DNA of 64,000 bases from Solirubrobacterales bacterium (GCA_036280195.1 DASURF010000022.1:3161-67160); one strand, 5' to 3'. Shown: positions 40,753 to 50,063, numbered from the stretch's first letter. The notes: generated by a model not told the origin, from the sequence alone. Made by a program: numbers and translations.

Positions 40753-41526
40753 TCAGGGACGCTCGCGCTCCTGCATCAAGCCGGCGATCGCGAAGCAGGC
40801 GGCGCCGGCGAAGGTGGCCCAGTTGGCGATCCCGACCGCCAGCTCGTCGCCGGTCGCGGGGCGGACGAAGGCGGCGACCGCGGCGGCCATGAAGAGGGCC
40901 GAGCCGAGCTGGTTTACGACCACGATCCACCAGCCGAGGTCGGCGCGGCGCCCGCGCGGGCGGTCGCGGCGCATCTCGGTCAGGGCGAGATGGCCGGAGA
41001 GCAGGAAGAGGACGCAGCCGACGAATTCGGGCGTCCAGACGAGCCGGTGGACCTGGGCGGTGGTGAGGTCGCCGAGCAGCGCCGCCATCAGGCCGGCGCC
41101 GAAGTAGAGGGTGCCGACGAACAGGGCGACGGCGCTCGCCCAGTCGAGCCGCCCCGGCTCGGTCGACCACCAGCGCCAGGGCGCAGCCCGCACCACACCG
41201 TCTGGCCCGGTCCCGCGCGGCGCGTTGGCGACCTGCAGCACCGACGCGTAACCACCGGTGGTGAAGAACACCCCGCCGACCATGAAGACCGCCGCAGCCA
41301 ACCGCGGCCCCCCGACATGCGCCTGCGCCAGCAGCGCCCCCACGCAGAACAACGACCCCCCGATCAAGAACGCGGTGGCGGCAACGGCATTGATCAACGT
41401 CAGCCGCCGCTTAGTCCCCTCATCCGCCCGCGCCCGAGCCGCGGCCGGCTCTGCACCCCAGCCACCACCAACCCCCGCTTGCGCAACGCCCGCCGATCGA
41501 GATCCACCGCGGCAGCGTATTGCCAC
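40753..41526 (-). CDS. hypothetical integral membrane protein
   Basis: About 6 hydrophobic helices. The start is uncertain; GTG at 41526 was chosen because the ORF upstream of it runs through repeat copy 2 and into the AKR gene. Confidence 0.5.
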   Translation of the reverse strand: MAIRCRGGSRSAGVAQAGVGGGWGAEPAAARARADEGTKRRLTLINAVAATAFLIGGSLFCVGALLAQAHVGGPRLAAAVFMVGGVFFTTGGYASVLQVANAPRGTGPDGVVRAAPWRWWSTEPGRLDWASAVALFVGTLYFGAGLMAALLGDLTTAQVHRLVWTPEFVGCVLFLLSGHLALTEMRRDRPRGRRADLGWWIVVVNQLGSALFMAAAVAAFVRPATGDELAVGIANWATFAGAACFAIAGLMQERERP

Positions 41527-41541
41527 GTTGACCGACCTCAA

Positions 41542-41635
41542 TTCTCTGGCGGGTGGCGACGATCGGGAGGACTCTCCCGGTAGGGAGAGCCCCCGATCGG
41601 AGACAGGACCCGCCGGCCAGAAGCCCTGGTCCCTA
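41542..41635 (-). repeat. copy 2 of the ~95-nt repeat family
   Basis: Plus strand reads TTCTCTGGCGGGTGGCGACGATCGGGAGGACTCTCCCGGTAGGGAGAGCCCCCGATCGGAGACAGGACCCGCCGGCCAGAAGCCCTGGTCCCTA, which is the reverse complement of copy 1. Confidence 0.85.
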
Positions 41636-41636
41636 A

Positions 41637-42476
41637 TCAGTCGGCGTTGAAAGTCCCAGGATCCGACCCGATGCGCTCGCCCGTGTCCAGCCGCGCCAGC
41701 GCCGCCATGTCGTCCTCGCTCAACTCGAAGTCGAAGACCTCGAAATTCTCGCGGATCCGCTCCGGCGTCGCCGATTTCGGAATCACCACGTTGCCGACCT
41801 GCAGGTGCCAGCGGAGGATCACCTGCGCCGGGGTCCGGTCGCGGTGGGCGGCGACCGTGGCGATGGTGCCGTCCTCGAGCAGGTCCCCCTGCGCCAGCGG
41901 GCTCCAGGCCTCGGTGGCGATCTGATGCTCGTCGTCCCAAGCGCGCAGCTCGGGCTGCTGGAAGCGCGGGTGGAGCTCGACCTGGTTGACGGTCGGCCGC
42001 CGCTCGGCCTCCCGCTCCAGGCGTTCCAGATCCTCGATCCTGAAGTTGGAGACGCCGATCGAGCGGGCGCCGCCTTCCTCCTGGATCCGTTCGAAGGCGC
42101 GCCAGGTCTCGAGGAAGAGGTCACGGTCCGGCCGCGGCCAGTGGATCAGATAGAGGTCGACGTAGCCCGTGCCGAGCCGGCCGAGGCTCTTCTCGAATGC
42201 GGCCAGGGTCGAGTCGTACCCCTGCTGCGAGTTCCACAGCTTGGTGGTGACGAAGACGTCCTCGCGATCGACCCCGGTGGCGGCAATCGCCGCTCCCACC
42301 CCGACCTCGTTGCGGTAGGCGGCGGCGGTGTCGATGTGGCGATAGCCGACGCCGAGCGCCTCCTCGACCGCCTCCTGCGTCTCGTCGGGAGGGATCTGGA
42401 AGACGCCGAACCCGAGCTGGGGAATCTCGACGCCGTCGTGCAGGGTCAGGACGGGGACTTCGGTCGCATTGGCCAT
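41637..42476 (-). CDS. aldo/keto reductase (2,5-diketo-D-gluconate reductase-like)
   Basis: 279 aa. Motifs GYRHIDTA, LYLIHWP, IGVSNF and IPKS. Confidence 0.9.
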   Translation of the reverse strand: MANATEVPVLTLHDGVEIPQLGFGVFQIPPDETQEAVEEALGVGYRHIDTAAAYRNEVGVGAAIAATGVDREDVFVTTKLWNSQQGYDSTLAAFEKSLGRLGTGYVDLYLIHWPRPDRDLFLETWRAFERIQEEGGARSIGVSNFRIEDLERLEREAERRPTVNQVELHPRFQQPELRAWDDEHQIATEAWSPLAQGDLLEDGTIATVAAHRDRTPAQVILRWHLQVGNVVIPKSATPERIRENFEVFDFELSEDDMAALARLDTGERIGSDPGTFNAD

Positions 42477-42594
42477 GCGCCCTCGGCTACCCCCGAGTTC
42501 GACTGACCAAGCAGGTCAAGGACGCAGGGAGCGCCGCGTGCTCTGCACGCAAGCGACCGAGGACGCCGAGATGCGCCGGTCAGGCGGACTTGGG

Positions 42595-42768
42595 CTAAGC
42601 GGTGGAGAGGCCGATGGCGAGCAAGGGGAAAGCGCTCATCACGCCGAGGTAGGCGCCCATCGCGGCGCCGCTGCCGAGGCTGGCCGTGCGCGAGCGCGCA
42701 CCGGCGAACGCGCCGATCAAGACGAAGGCGGCGGCGATTCCGAATCCGAGCCAGAAGACCTGAGGCAT
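42595..42768 (-). CDS. possible 57-aa two-TM small membrane protein
   Basis: From the internal ATG at 42768: MPQVFWLGFGIAAAFVLIGAFAG...AFPLLAIGLSTA. Confidence 0.4.
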   Translation of the reverse strand: MPQVFWLGFGIAAAFVLIGAFAGARSRTASLGSGAAMGAYLGVMSAFPLLAIGLSTA

Positions 42769-42830
42769 TGCGGCGGCGAGAATACCCGAAGCCGGGGAGG
42801 AATCGCCGTCCGCGCGGCAAAGGCGCAGGC

Positions 42831-44363
42831 ATGAACCAGTCAAGCGCCCAGAACAGCAAGCTGATCCTCGCGGCGATGATCTTCGCCGTCTCGATGACCT
42901 TCATCGACCAGACGATCGTCGCGATCGCGATCCCGACGATCCAGGACGACCTCTCGCTCTCGGCGACGGGGGTGCAGTGGATCATCAACGGCTACCTGCT
43001 CTCGCTCTCGGCGCTCTTCGCCTTCGGCGGGCGGCTGGCCGACATCGCCGGCCACCGCCGCATGGTGGTCCTCGGCGTCGTCGTCTTCGCCGTCGCCTCC
43101 GCCCTCTGCGGCGCCACCCCGACCGGCGAGCTCGACGAGACCTGGCTGATCGTCTTCCGCGTGATCCAGGGCGCCGGCGCGGCGATCATGTTCCCCGCGG
43201 CACTGGCGATCGTCCTCAACGCCTTCCCGGTCTCCGAACGCGGCAAGGCGATGGCGATCTTCTTCGCGATCGCCGGCGGCCTCACCGCGGTCGGCCCGCT
43301 GGCCGGCGGCTACCTGGTCGAGATCGACTGGCGGGCCATCTTCTGGGTCAACGTCCCGGTCGCGATCATCGCCCTCGCCCTGATCTGGAAGTCGAAGCCG
43401 GCCGACGAGAAGCACCCGGCGCCGATCGACAACACCGGCACGGCGCTGATCACCCTCGGCATGGGCTTCGCGGTGCTCGGCCTGCAGCAGTCGAGCGTCT
43501 GGGGCTGGGACAGCCCCGCCACCTGGGCCTGCATCGCCGGCGGGCTGGTGATCCTCGCCTCCTTCGTCCGCTACGAGCTGCGGACCGAGAACCCGCTGCT
43601 GCGGCTGGAGATCTTCAAGGACCGGGCCTTCGCGGTGGACAACATCATCCTCTTCCTGCTGATGATCCCCTTCGTCCCGCTGTTCTTCTTCGCCAGCATG
43701 TACGCGCAGATCTCGCTCGGCGAAAGCGCCTCGGAAACCGGGCTCTACCTGCTCATCTTCTTCGCCGGCTTCGCCACCGCCTCGCAGCGCGGCGGCCGCC
43801 TGCTCGACAAGGTCGGCGCCCGCAGCGCGGTCGTCCCCGGCTGCGCGATCGCCGCGGTCGGCTTCTACCTCTGGGGCAACTCGCTGACCGAGCTCTCGGT
43901 CTCCGACCAGTGGTACTGGATCGTGCTCTCCGGAATCGGGGTCGGGCTGGTCCTCAGCCCGGCCAACACCGACGCGCTGAACCGGGTCTCGCGCGACCGC
44001 TACGGCGAGGCGACCGGGATCACCCAGACCGTGCGCAACTTCGGCTCCAGCCTCGGGCTGGCGGTCCTCGGCTCGATCCTGATCCTCGAGAACCGCTCCA
44101 ACCTGGAAGCGACCGCCGGCGAAAACGGGATTCCGAAGGAAGTCGGCAAGGAAATCGCCGACACGATCAGCCAGGGAACCGGGGCCGGCGAATCGCCAGA
44201 ACACCTACCGGCGAACGTGCAGAAGGTGGTCGACTCGATCCCCCACGACTTCGCCCTCGCCTCGCGCACCGTCTTCTACGCGATGGCGGGCGTCATGGCG
44301 GTCGCCTTCGTCATCGCCCTCGTGCGGATGCCGGCGGGCAAAGTGGAAGATCCCGGCGACTAG
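42831..44363 (+). CDS. MFS transporter, DHA2 (14-TMS, EmrB/QacA-like) family
   Basis: N-terminus ...FIDQTIVAIAIPTIQ, motif GRLADIAGHRR, about 14 helices. Confidence 0.9.
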   Translation: MNQSSAQNSKLILAAMIFAVSMTFIDQTIVAIAIPTIQDDLSLSATGVQWIINGYLLSLSALFAFGGRLADIAGHRRMVVLGVVVFAVASALCGATPTGELDETWLIVFRVIQGAGAAIMFPAALAIVLNAFPVSERGKAMAIFFAIAGGLTAVGPLAGGYLVEIDWRAIFWVNVPVAIIALALIWKSKPADEKHPAPIDNTGTALITLGMGFAVLGLQQSSVWGWDSPATWACIAGGLVILASFVRYELRTENPLLRLEIFKDRAFAVDNIILFLLMIPFVPLFFFASMYAQISLGESASETGLYLLIFFAGFATASQRGGRLLDKVGARSAVVPGCAIAAVGFYLWGNSLTELSVSDQWYWIVLSGIGVGLVLSPANTDALNRVSRDRYGEATGITQTVRNFGSSLGLAVLGSILILENRSNLEATAGENGIPKEVGKEIADTISQGTGAGESPEHLPANVQKVVDSIPHDFALASRTVFYAMAGVMAVAFVIALVRMPAGKVEDPGD

Positions 44364-45151
44364 CGCCGGCACAGGTACACGGCCTTCGAATGGACCTCTT
44401 CGTCGAGGCCGGGGTATAGGTCGCCCTCCTGCTCGCCGTAGAGAGCGACGAACCTGAGCCCGGCCGCCTCGATCGCCCTCAGCACCTCGTCTTCGGAGAA
44501 GTGGCGCTGCCGGTGCACGCCCTCGGCGCCCGGTTCGTCCGTCGCTTCGAACCGGGACTCGTAGAACGATCTCGGCGCCACCTCCTCCGCCGAGGTCCGC
44601 CCCCGCCAGACGAACCGCCGCCCTGTGCCCTCGACGACGAATTCCCCGCTGAAGAAGCCGCGGTAGGTGACCAGGGTGTTGACGTCGAAGACCGCGATCC
44701 CGTCGGCCGCCAGGTTCTGGCGGATCCCCTTCAGGGTCGCCTCCAGTTCCTCGGTCGAGAGCAGGTAGTTGATCGGATCGTTGATGACCCAGATCAGATC
44801 GAACTTGCCGAAGCTGGGAAGCTCGCGCATGTCGGCGACCCGCAGCGAGGCGCCGTGGCCGACCTTCGCCCGGGCGATCTCGATCATCGCCGGAGAGACG
44901 TCGCAGCCGGTCACCTGCCAGCCCCGCTCGAGCATCGGCAGGAAGCTGAAGCCGGTCCCGCAGCCGACGTCCAGCAATCGCCTGCCGCCGATCCCCCTCT
45001 CTTCGGCTTTCTCCAGCAGGACGCCGGTCCAGTGCTCGTACTTGTAGCCGTAGGCCCGGTTGAAGTCGTCGTAGACCGGGGCAAAGGCCTCGTAGGCTTC
45101 CCGCGCCCCGTCACCGGCGGGCCAGCGCGTCTTCATCTTTCTTGTCTCCAC
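44360..45151 (-). CDS. class I SAM-dependent methyltransferase
   Basis: SAM motif I LLDVGCGTGF and an acidic motif II. A later ATG at 45136 is possible. Confidence 0.85.
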   Translation of the reverse strand: METRKMKTRWPAGDGAREAYEAFAPVYDDFNRAYGYKYEHWTGVLLEKAEERGIGGRRLLDVGCGTGFSFLPMLERGWQVTGCDVSPAMIEIARAKVGHGASLRVADMRELPSFGKFDLIWVINDPINYLLSTEELEATLKGIRQNLAADGIAVFDVNTLVTYRGFFSGEFVVEGTGRRFVWRGRTSAEEVAPRSFYESRFEATDEPGAEGVHRQRHFSEDEVLRAIEAAGLRFVALYGEQEGDLYPGLDEEVHSKAVYLCRR

Positions 45152-45272
45152 TTGGCACAGGCGCCCCCCGAGGCTTGCCTGAATGACTGGTTGATCTCAC
45201 TGATCAAGTTTTCCTGATGGGGTTCGTAGTTCCCTCTCCGGGGTCACCAAAACCGCTGATACGTTCCCCCGC

Positions 45273-47228
45273 ATGAGAGCCCGGGGCCTCGTCCTGCTGG
45301 GGGCCACCCTTCTCGCAGCGCTGGGATCGACCGCAGGGGCAGCCGCTGCCGGTCCGGGCCTGCCGGCACCGCCGGTCGATCCGGCCGCCCGGAAGCTGGC
45401 CGAGAGGTACGTCCCGATCGCGATGCTGCGGGAGCAGCAGGACCCGCCCTGCAACACCAAGGAGGAGCAGTACCAGCCGACCAGCGTCGAGGCGGTGCTC
45501 GGCAACCCCACCGTCACCCTCACCCACGAACTGCCGAACGGCAAGCTCAAGGACGTGAAGAAGGCGCCGACCGCGGCCGACATCGCCGGCCTGCGCGACG
45601 GCTGGTACCTCGACTACGAAGGCAAGGTCCTCGGCGACACCTGCGTCTACGCACGCGCCTTCGAGAAGCTGCTGGAGGAAGGCAGGGCGCCGGCGATCAC
45701 CTACGCCCACGTCGCCCGCGAACCGAACCACGACGGCTTCGTCCTCCAGTTCTGGTTCTTCTGGTACTTCAACCAGTTCAACGACCTGCACGAGGCCGAC
45801 TGGGAGGGGATGCAGCTCGCCTTCGAGTCGAACACCACGGCCGGGGCGCTGGAGGAAGAACCGAGCGAAGTGATCCTCTTCCAGCACGCGGGCGGCGAGC
45901 GCGCCGACTGGGAAGACGGCAAGGTGCAGAAGGAAGGCACGCACCCGGTCGTCTATCCCGCCGCCGGCTCGCACGCGACCTTCTACGACTCCGCCGTCTA
46001 CGTCGAGAACGGGCAGAACGGGTCCGGGGTCGGCTGCGACGTCACCTCCGAACCGCTGCGCGAACTGAGGCTGCGGCCGGTGCTGCTGCCGGAAACGGCG
46101 CCGGAAGTGGGCGCCTTCCGGTGGCTCAGCTATCGCGGCCGCTGGGGCGAACGCGAAAAGGGGTTCAACAACGGCCCGACCGGTCCGGTGACGAAGACGG
46201 TCTGGCGCGAACCGTTCACCTGGATGGCGAAGCAGCGCTCGACCAGTCCGCGCTTCCCCGGCGGCTCGGTGGTCGGCGGCTCGGTGACGGGCGCCTTCTG
46301 CGGCGCGGTCACCGCGGTCACCGACTTCACCCACCTGGCGACCAAGTCGCGGCCGACCGCGATCGCGATCCTGGTCGCGATCCTCCTCCTGCTGATCGCC
46401 TTCGTTCTGGCGACCCGCTGGGGGCCGGTCGACCTGACCGAGCTGCGGGCGCGGCGCGCCTTCGGGCAGCTGCTGCGGACGGCGCGCCGTCTCTACCAGC
46501 GCCACTGGGCGGTGCTGGTTCCGATCGGGCTGCTCGCCTTCCCGATCGTCGGCGGCGTCAACCTGCTGGCCGAAGCGCTGCAGAACGGCCGCGGCGTCGA
46601 CGAGGTAGCCGGGCGGGCAGGGGTGCACCTGGCGGCCGCCGACCTGCTCGAATCGATCGGCCGGCCGGTGGCCCAGGCCCTGGTCGCCGCGATCGTGATC
46701 ATCTTCGTCCGCGAACTGGTCCGCGGGCGGCGGGCCGGCGTCGGCGACTCGGTGCGGGGAATGCTGGCGCGCTTCTGGCGGGTGGTCGCTGCCCAGCTGC
46801 TGGCGATGCTGGGGGTTTTCCTGCTCGCGCTCACGGTTGTCGGCCTCCCCTTCGCCGCCTGGAAATACGTCAGCTGGCTCTTCGTCCAGCAGGAAGTCCT
46901 CTTCACCGACAAGTCGATCCGCGAGGCCTTTCGCGGCAGCTCGGAGCTGGTACGCGGCCGCTGGTGGCACACGGTCCGCGTCGCCGGCGTGCTCTGGCTG
47001 CTCAGCATCGCCGCCGGGCCGATCCTCGGCTTCGCGCTGATCTTCGCCGACTTCCCGCTGTTCTGGATCAACGTCGTCGGCTCGGTCGTCTTCGCGCTCT
47101 TCATCCCCTACGTCGCGGTCGGGCAGACGCTCCTCTACTTCGACCTGCAGGTACGCGAGGGGGAGGAACCGGTTCCGAAGCGACGGCGGCTGCGTTTCTG
47201 GCGGCCGAGCCCGGCGCCGAGCAGCTAG
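45273..47228 (+). CDS. secreted Vps62/DUF946-like domain fused to a C-terminal polytopic membrane domain
   Basis: Signal peptide. N-terminal strings RYVPIAMLREQ..., QFWFFWYFNQFNDLHEADWEGMQL and GSHATFY resemble the Vps62 family. About 6 TM helices follow. Confidence 0.65.
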   Translation: MRARGLVLLGATLLAALGSTAGAAAAGPGLPAPPVDPAARKLAERYVPIAMLREQQDPPCNTKEEQYQPTSVEAVLGNPTVTLTHELPNGKLKDVKKAPTAADIAGLRDGWYLDYEGKVLGDTCVYARAFEKLLEEGRAPAITYAHVAREPNHDGFVLQFWFFWYFNQFNDLHEADWEGMQLAFESNTTAGALEEEPSEVILFQHAGGERADWEDGKVQKEGTHPVVYPAAGSHATFYDSAVYVENGQNGSGVGCDVTSEPLRELRLRPVLLPETAPEVGAFRWLSYRGRWGEREKGFNNGPTGPVTKTVWREPFTWMAKQRSTSPRFPGGSVVGGSVTGAFCGAVTAVTDFTHLATKSRPTAIAILVAILLLLIAFVLATRWGPVDLTELRARRAFGQLLRTARRLYQRHWAVLVPIGLLAFPIVGGVNLLAEALQNGRGVDEVAGRAGVHLAAADLLESIGRPVAQALVAAIVIIFVRELVRGRRAGVGDSVRGMLARFWRVVAAQLLAMLGVFLLALTVVGLPFAAWKYVSWLFVQQEVLFTDKSIREAFRGSSELVRGRWWHTVRVAGVLWLLSIAAGPILGFALIFADFPLFWINVVGSVVFALFIPYVAVGQTLLYFDLQVREGEEPVPKRRRLRFWRPSPAPSS

Positions 47229-47238
47229 TTTTCTCCCC

Positions 47239-47835
47239 GTGAAGATCCTCGCCTTCAGCGACCTCCACCGCGACCTCGAGCAGGCGGCGCGGCTGGTCGA
47301 GATGGCCGCCGATGCCGACGTCGTGATCGGCGCCGGCGACTTCGCCTCGGTTCACGAGGGGTTGGAGGAAACGATCGGCGCCCTCGCAGGGATCGAGACG
47401 CCGACCGTCCTCGTACCTGGTAACAACGAGACCGCCGATGCGTTGCGGTCCGCTACCACGGATTGGGGAGCCGCCACCGTGCTGCACGGCGAGGGGACGA
47501 CGATCGAGGGCACCGAGTTCTTCGGCCTCGGGGCCGGAATTCCGGTCACCCCCTGGGACTGGAGCTTCGACCTCGACGACGAGGCGGCAACCGGGCTTCT
47601 GGCCGCCTGCCCCGAGGGCGCCGTCCTCGTCCTCCACTCGCCGCCCAAGGACCACTGCGACGCCGCCGGCGACGGCGGCAACTTCGGCAGCCCGGCCCTG
47701 CTGCGGGCGATCGAAGAGAAGCGCCCCCGCCTCGCCGTCTGCGGCCACATCCACGAGTCCTGGGGCTGCGAGAGCCAGGTCGGCCCCACCCCGGTCCGCA
47801 ACCTCGGCCCCAAGGGCACCTGGATCGAGATCTAG
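47239..47835 (+). CDS. metallophosphoesterase family protein
   Basis: Motifs AFSDLH, GAGDF, GNNE and CGHIHE. Confidence 0.8.
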   Translation: MKILAFSDLHRDLEQAARLVEMAADADVVIGAGDFASVHEGLEETIGALAGIETPTVLVPGNNETADALRSATTDWGAATVLHGEGTTIEGTEFFGLGAGIPVTPWDWSFDLDDEAATGLLAACPEGAVLVLHSPPKDHCDAAGDGGNFGSPALLRAIEEKRPRLAVCGHIHESWGCESQVGPTPVRNLGPKGTWIEI

Positions 47836-48084
47836 GCGTTCTGCGCGGCCAGCTGATGCAAGGTCTCGGGAGCGATATCCGCTCCGTTCGGCCAGACGAT
47901 CGTCCCTAGCTCTTCATCGAGCTCTACCCGGGCGAAGAACTCAGGGTCGGACAACACGGGCAAATACCCCGCTCCAGTCTTCGTTCGAGAAATCGACCTC
48001 TCCGACGGTTCCGTCGTTGAAGCCGAGGCGGAGTCGGTGAGCCCCGACAAGGTCCAAATCAGTGACATGGACGACCTTCTCCAT
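47832..48084 (-). pseudogene. DUF2442-family gene disrupted by a frameshift
   Basis: Two overlapping minus-strand ORFs (47941..48204 and 47832..48068) together give [39 protein letters not shown] / [36 protein letters not shown]. The frame switches at the C/G run at 47967-47970. Confidence 0.6.
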
Positions 48085-48204
48085 CAGGGTGATACTAGGG
48101 AAGGGGTCAATGCGCTCCAGTACCTCTCCATGCTCTGCAAGATCCCAGTTCTTCAGCAACTCGCTCGAACCTAGGAGGCCGCGACGCACGAGTGGCGCGC
48201 ACAA
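48085..48204 (-). pseudogene. 5'-truncated remnant of a DUF4160-like gene
   Basis: Only a C-terminal-like tail remains (SSELLKNWDLAEHGEVLERIDPFP), directly upstream of the DUF2442 start as in intact pairs. Confidence 0.35.
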
Positions 48205-48236
48205 TGTGCCAGCTCCCTCACGCCATACTTGCGTGA

Positions 48237-48677
48237 ATGTCGTATCGCCTCCTTCGCGCCGCCGACGCCTTCTGGCGGCGGTCGAACCAGATGCAGACGC
48301 CGAACACGGACCTCGGCGGGCAGCTCGAGGCGTCGCAGCTGGGGGCGCGGATGTGGCGGTTGGAGCCGGGGAAAGCCTCGACCAAGCACCGGCACTTCAC
48401 CCAGGAGGAGCTATACGTGCTGCTCGAGGGCGAGGGCCGGGTGCGGATCGGGGACGAGGTGCTGACGCTGGCGCCGCTGGACTCCCTGCTGGTCGAGCCG
48501 GACACCGAGCGTCAGCTGTTCAACGACACCGATGCCGACCAGCTGTGGCTCGTGGTGGGCGCTCCCCGCGAAGAGATCACCAGCACCCTCGAGATGAGCG
48601 AGGAGCAGCTGCGGCACATGTACCCGGACGGCCCGAAAGCACTGCCGCCCGAGCTGGACGAATTCAGTGGACGCTGA
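48237..48677 (+). CDS. cupin-domain protein
   Basis: Cupin motif G.....H.H...EE.Y.LEG.G (HRHFTQEELYVLLEGEG) and a second beta-barrel motif. Confidence 0.8.
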   Translation: MSYRLLRAADAFWRRSNQMQTPNTDLGGQLEASQLGARMWRLEPGKASTKHRHFTQEELYVLLEGEGRVRIGDEVLTLAPLDSLLVEPDTERQLFNDTDADQLWLVVGAPREEITSTLEMSEEQLRHMYPDGPKALPPELDEFSGR

Positions 48678-48686
48678 ATTCGATCA

Positions 48687-50018
48687 CTAGAGGGCGAGCG
48701 AGACCGGCTCTTCGAGCAGCTGCTTGACCCGGGCGAGGAACTCGGCGCCCTCGGCGCCGTAGAGGATGCGGTGGTCGCAGGAGAGGGTCGCCTTCATCAG
48801 CTGCGCCGGGACGATCTCGCCGTCGCGGACGGCGGGAAGCTCGCGGATCGCGCCGACGGCGAGGATCGCCGCCTGGCCCATGTTGATCACCGCGTCGAAC
48901 TCGTCGATCTCGAACATCCCCAGGTTGGAGACGGTGAAGGTGCCGCCCGAGAGCTCCGGCGGCGTCACCGAGCCGTCGCGCACCTTGGCGGCGACGGTAC
49001 GGGTGTCGGTGGCGATCTGCCGCAGGCCCTTCCTGTCGGCGTCGAAGATCGTCGGCACGACAAGCGCTTCGGAGGCGGCGACGGCGACGCCGACGTTGAC
49101 CCGCGAGTAGAGCTCGAACCGCCCGTCGCGATAGGCGCCGTTGGCTTTCGGGAACTCACGCAGGGCGATCGCGCACGCCTTGACGATCATGTCGTTGAAG
49201 GAGGGCACCACGTCGCCCTCCTTGGACGCGGCCTTGATCGCCGCCCGCGCCGCGACCGCCTTCCCCATGTCGATCTCGATCGTCAGGTAGAAGTGCGGCG
49301 CCGTCGCCTTCGACTCCGCCATGCGGCGGGCGATCGTCTGCTGCAATTTGTTCAGGTCACGAGTTTCGACTTCACCCTTGGCGGTTTCAGACGGAGCCTG
49401 TTGGCCAGCGGGTCCTGCCACCTGCGGAGGTGCCTGCGCTGGATGCTCGGCACCTCCTCCGGCGCCACCCACTGGAGAAGCGCCTCCGGCTGACTCTGCT
49501 TCCTCTACGTCGTGCTTGATGATCCGGCCCCCGGGGCCGGAGCCATGTAGGTCTTTCAGGTTCAGGCCCTTGTCACGAGCCAGGCGACGAGCCAGCGGCG
49601 AAGCTTTGACCCGCTCCCCGTCCTCGGACCCCGGCTCAGCGGCTCGACCCTCGGCGTCAGCCGTCTTCTCTTGTCCCGTGGGTGGCGACGATTCCGAGGA
49701 CTCTCCCGGTAGGGAGAGCCCGGAATCGGAGACAGGACCCGCGGGCCGAGCGCTCCGTCCCTGATCCGAAGCTGCCTGCCCGTTCGACTCCCCGATGCGC
49801 GCGATAGGACTGCCGATCGGCAGAGTCTCGCCTTCCTGGGCCAGGATCTCGGTCAGCGTCCCCGCGACATCGGATTCGTAGGCCATGTTCGCCTTGTCGG
49901 TCTCGATTTCCACCAGCTCGTCGCCGACCGCGACCTCGTCCCCGACCTGCTTCAGCCAGGAGAGGATGGTTCCCTCCTCCATCGAGTCGGAGAGGCGGGG
50001 CATCACCACCTCACTCAT
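48687..50018 (-). CDS. dihydrolipoamide acyltransferase (2-oxoacid dehydrogenase E2 component)
   Basis: Lipoyl domain (IETDKA), PSBD (SPLARRLARDKGLNLKDLHGSGPGGRI) and catalytic domain with DHRILYG. A long linker contains repeat copy 3. Confidence 0.9.
   Translation of the reverse strand: MSEVVMPRLSDSMEEGTILSWLKQVGDEVAVGDELVEIETDKANMAYESDVAGTLTEILAQEGETLPIGSPIARIGESNGQAASDQGRSARPAGPVSDSGLSLPGESSESSPPTGQEKTADAEGRAAEPGSEDGERVKASPLARRLARDKGLNLKDLHGSGPGGRIIKHDVEEAESAGGASPVGGAGGGAEHPAQAPPQVAGPAGQQAPSETAKGEVETRDLNKLQQTIARRMAESKATAPHFYLTIEIDMGKAVAARAAIKAASKEGDVVPSFNDMIVKACAIALREFPKANGAYRDGRFELYSRVNVGVAVAASEALVVPTIFDADRKGLRQIATDTRTVAAKVRDGSVTPPELSGGTFTVSNLGMFEIDEFDAVINMGQAAILAVGAIRELPAVRDGEIVPAQLMKATLSCDHRILYGAEGAEFLARVKQLLEEPVSLAL
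49672..49765 (-). repeat. copy 3 of the ~95-nt repeat family, inside the E2 coding sequence
   Basis: Plus strand reads GTCCCGTGGGTGGCGACGATTCCGAGGACTCTCCCGGTAGGGAGAGCCCGGAATCGGAGACAGGACCCGCGGGCCGAGCGCTCCGTCCCTGATC. It is translated in the E2 frame as RPAGPVSDSGLSLPGESSESSPP. Confidence 0.85.
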
Positions 50019-50063
50019 GGGGCAACTCCATGCCTACAGATTGCCACTTCGGCCCGGCGGCTC

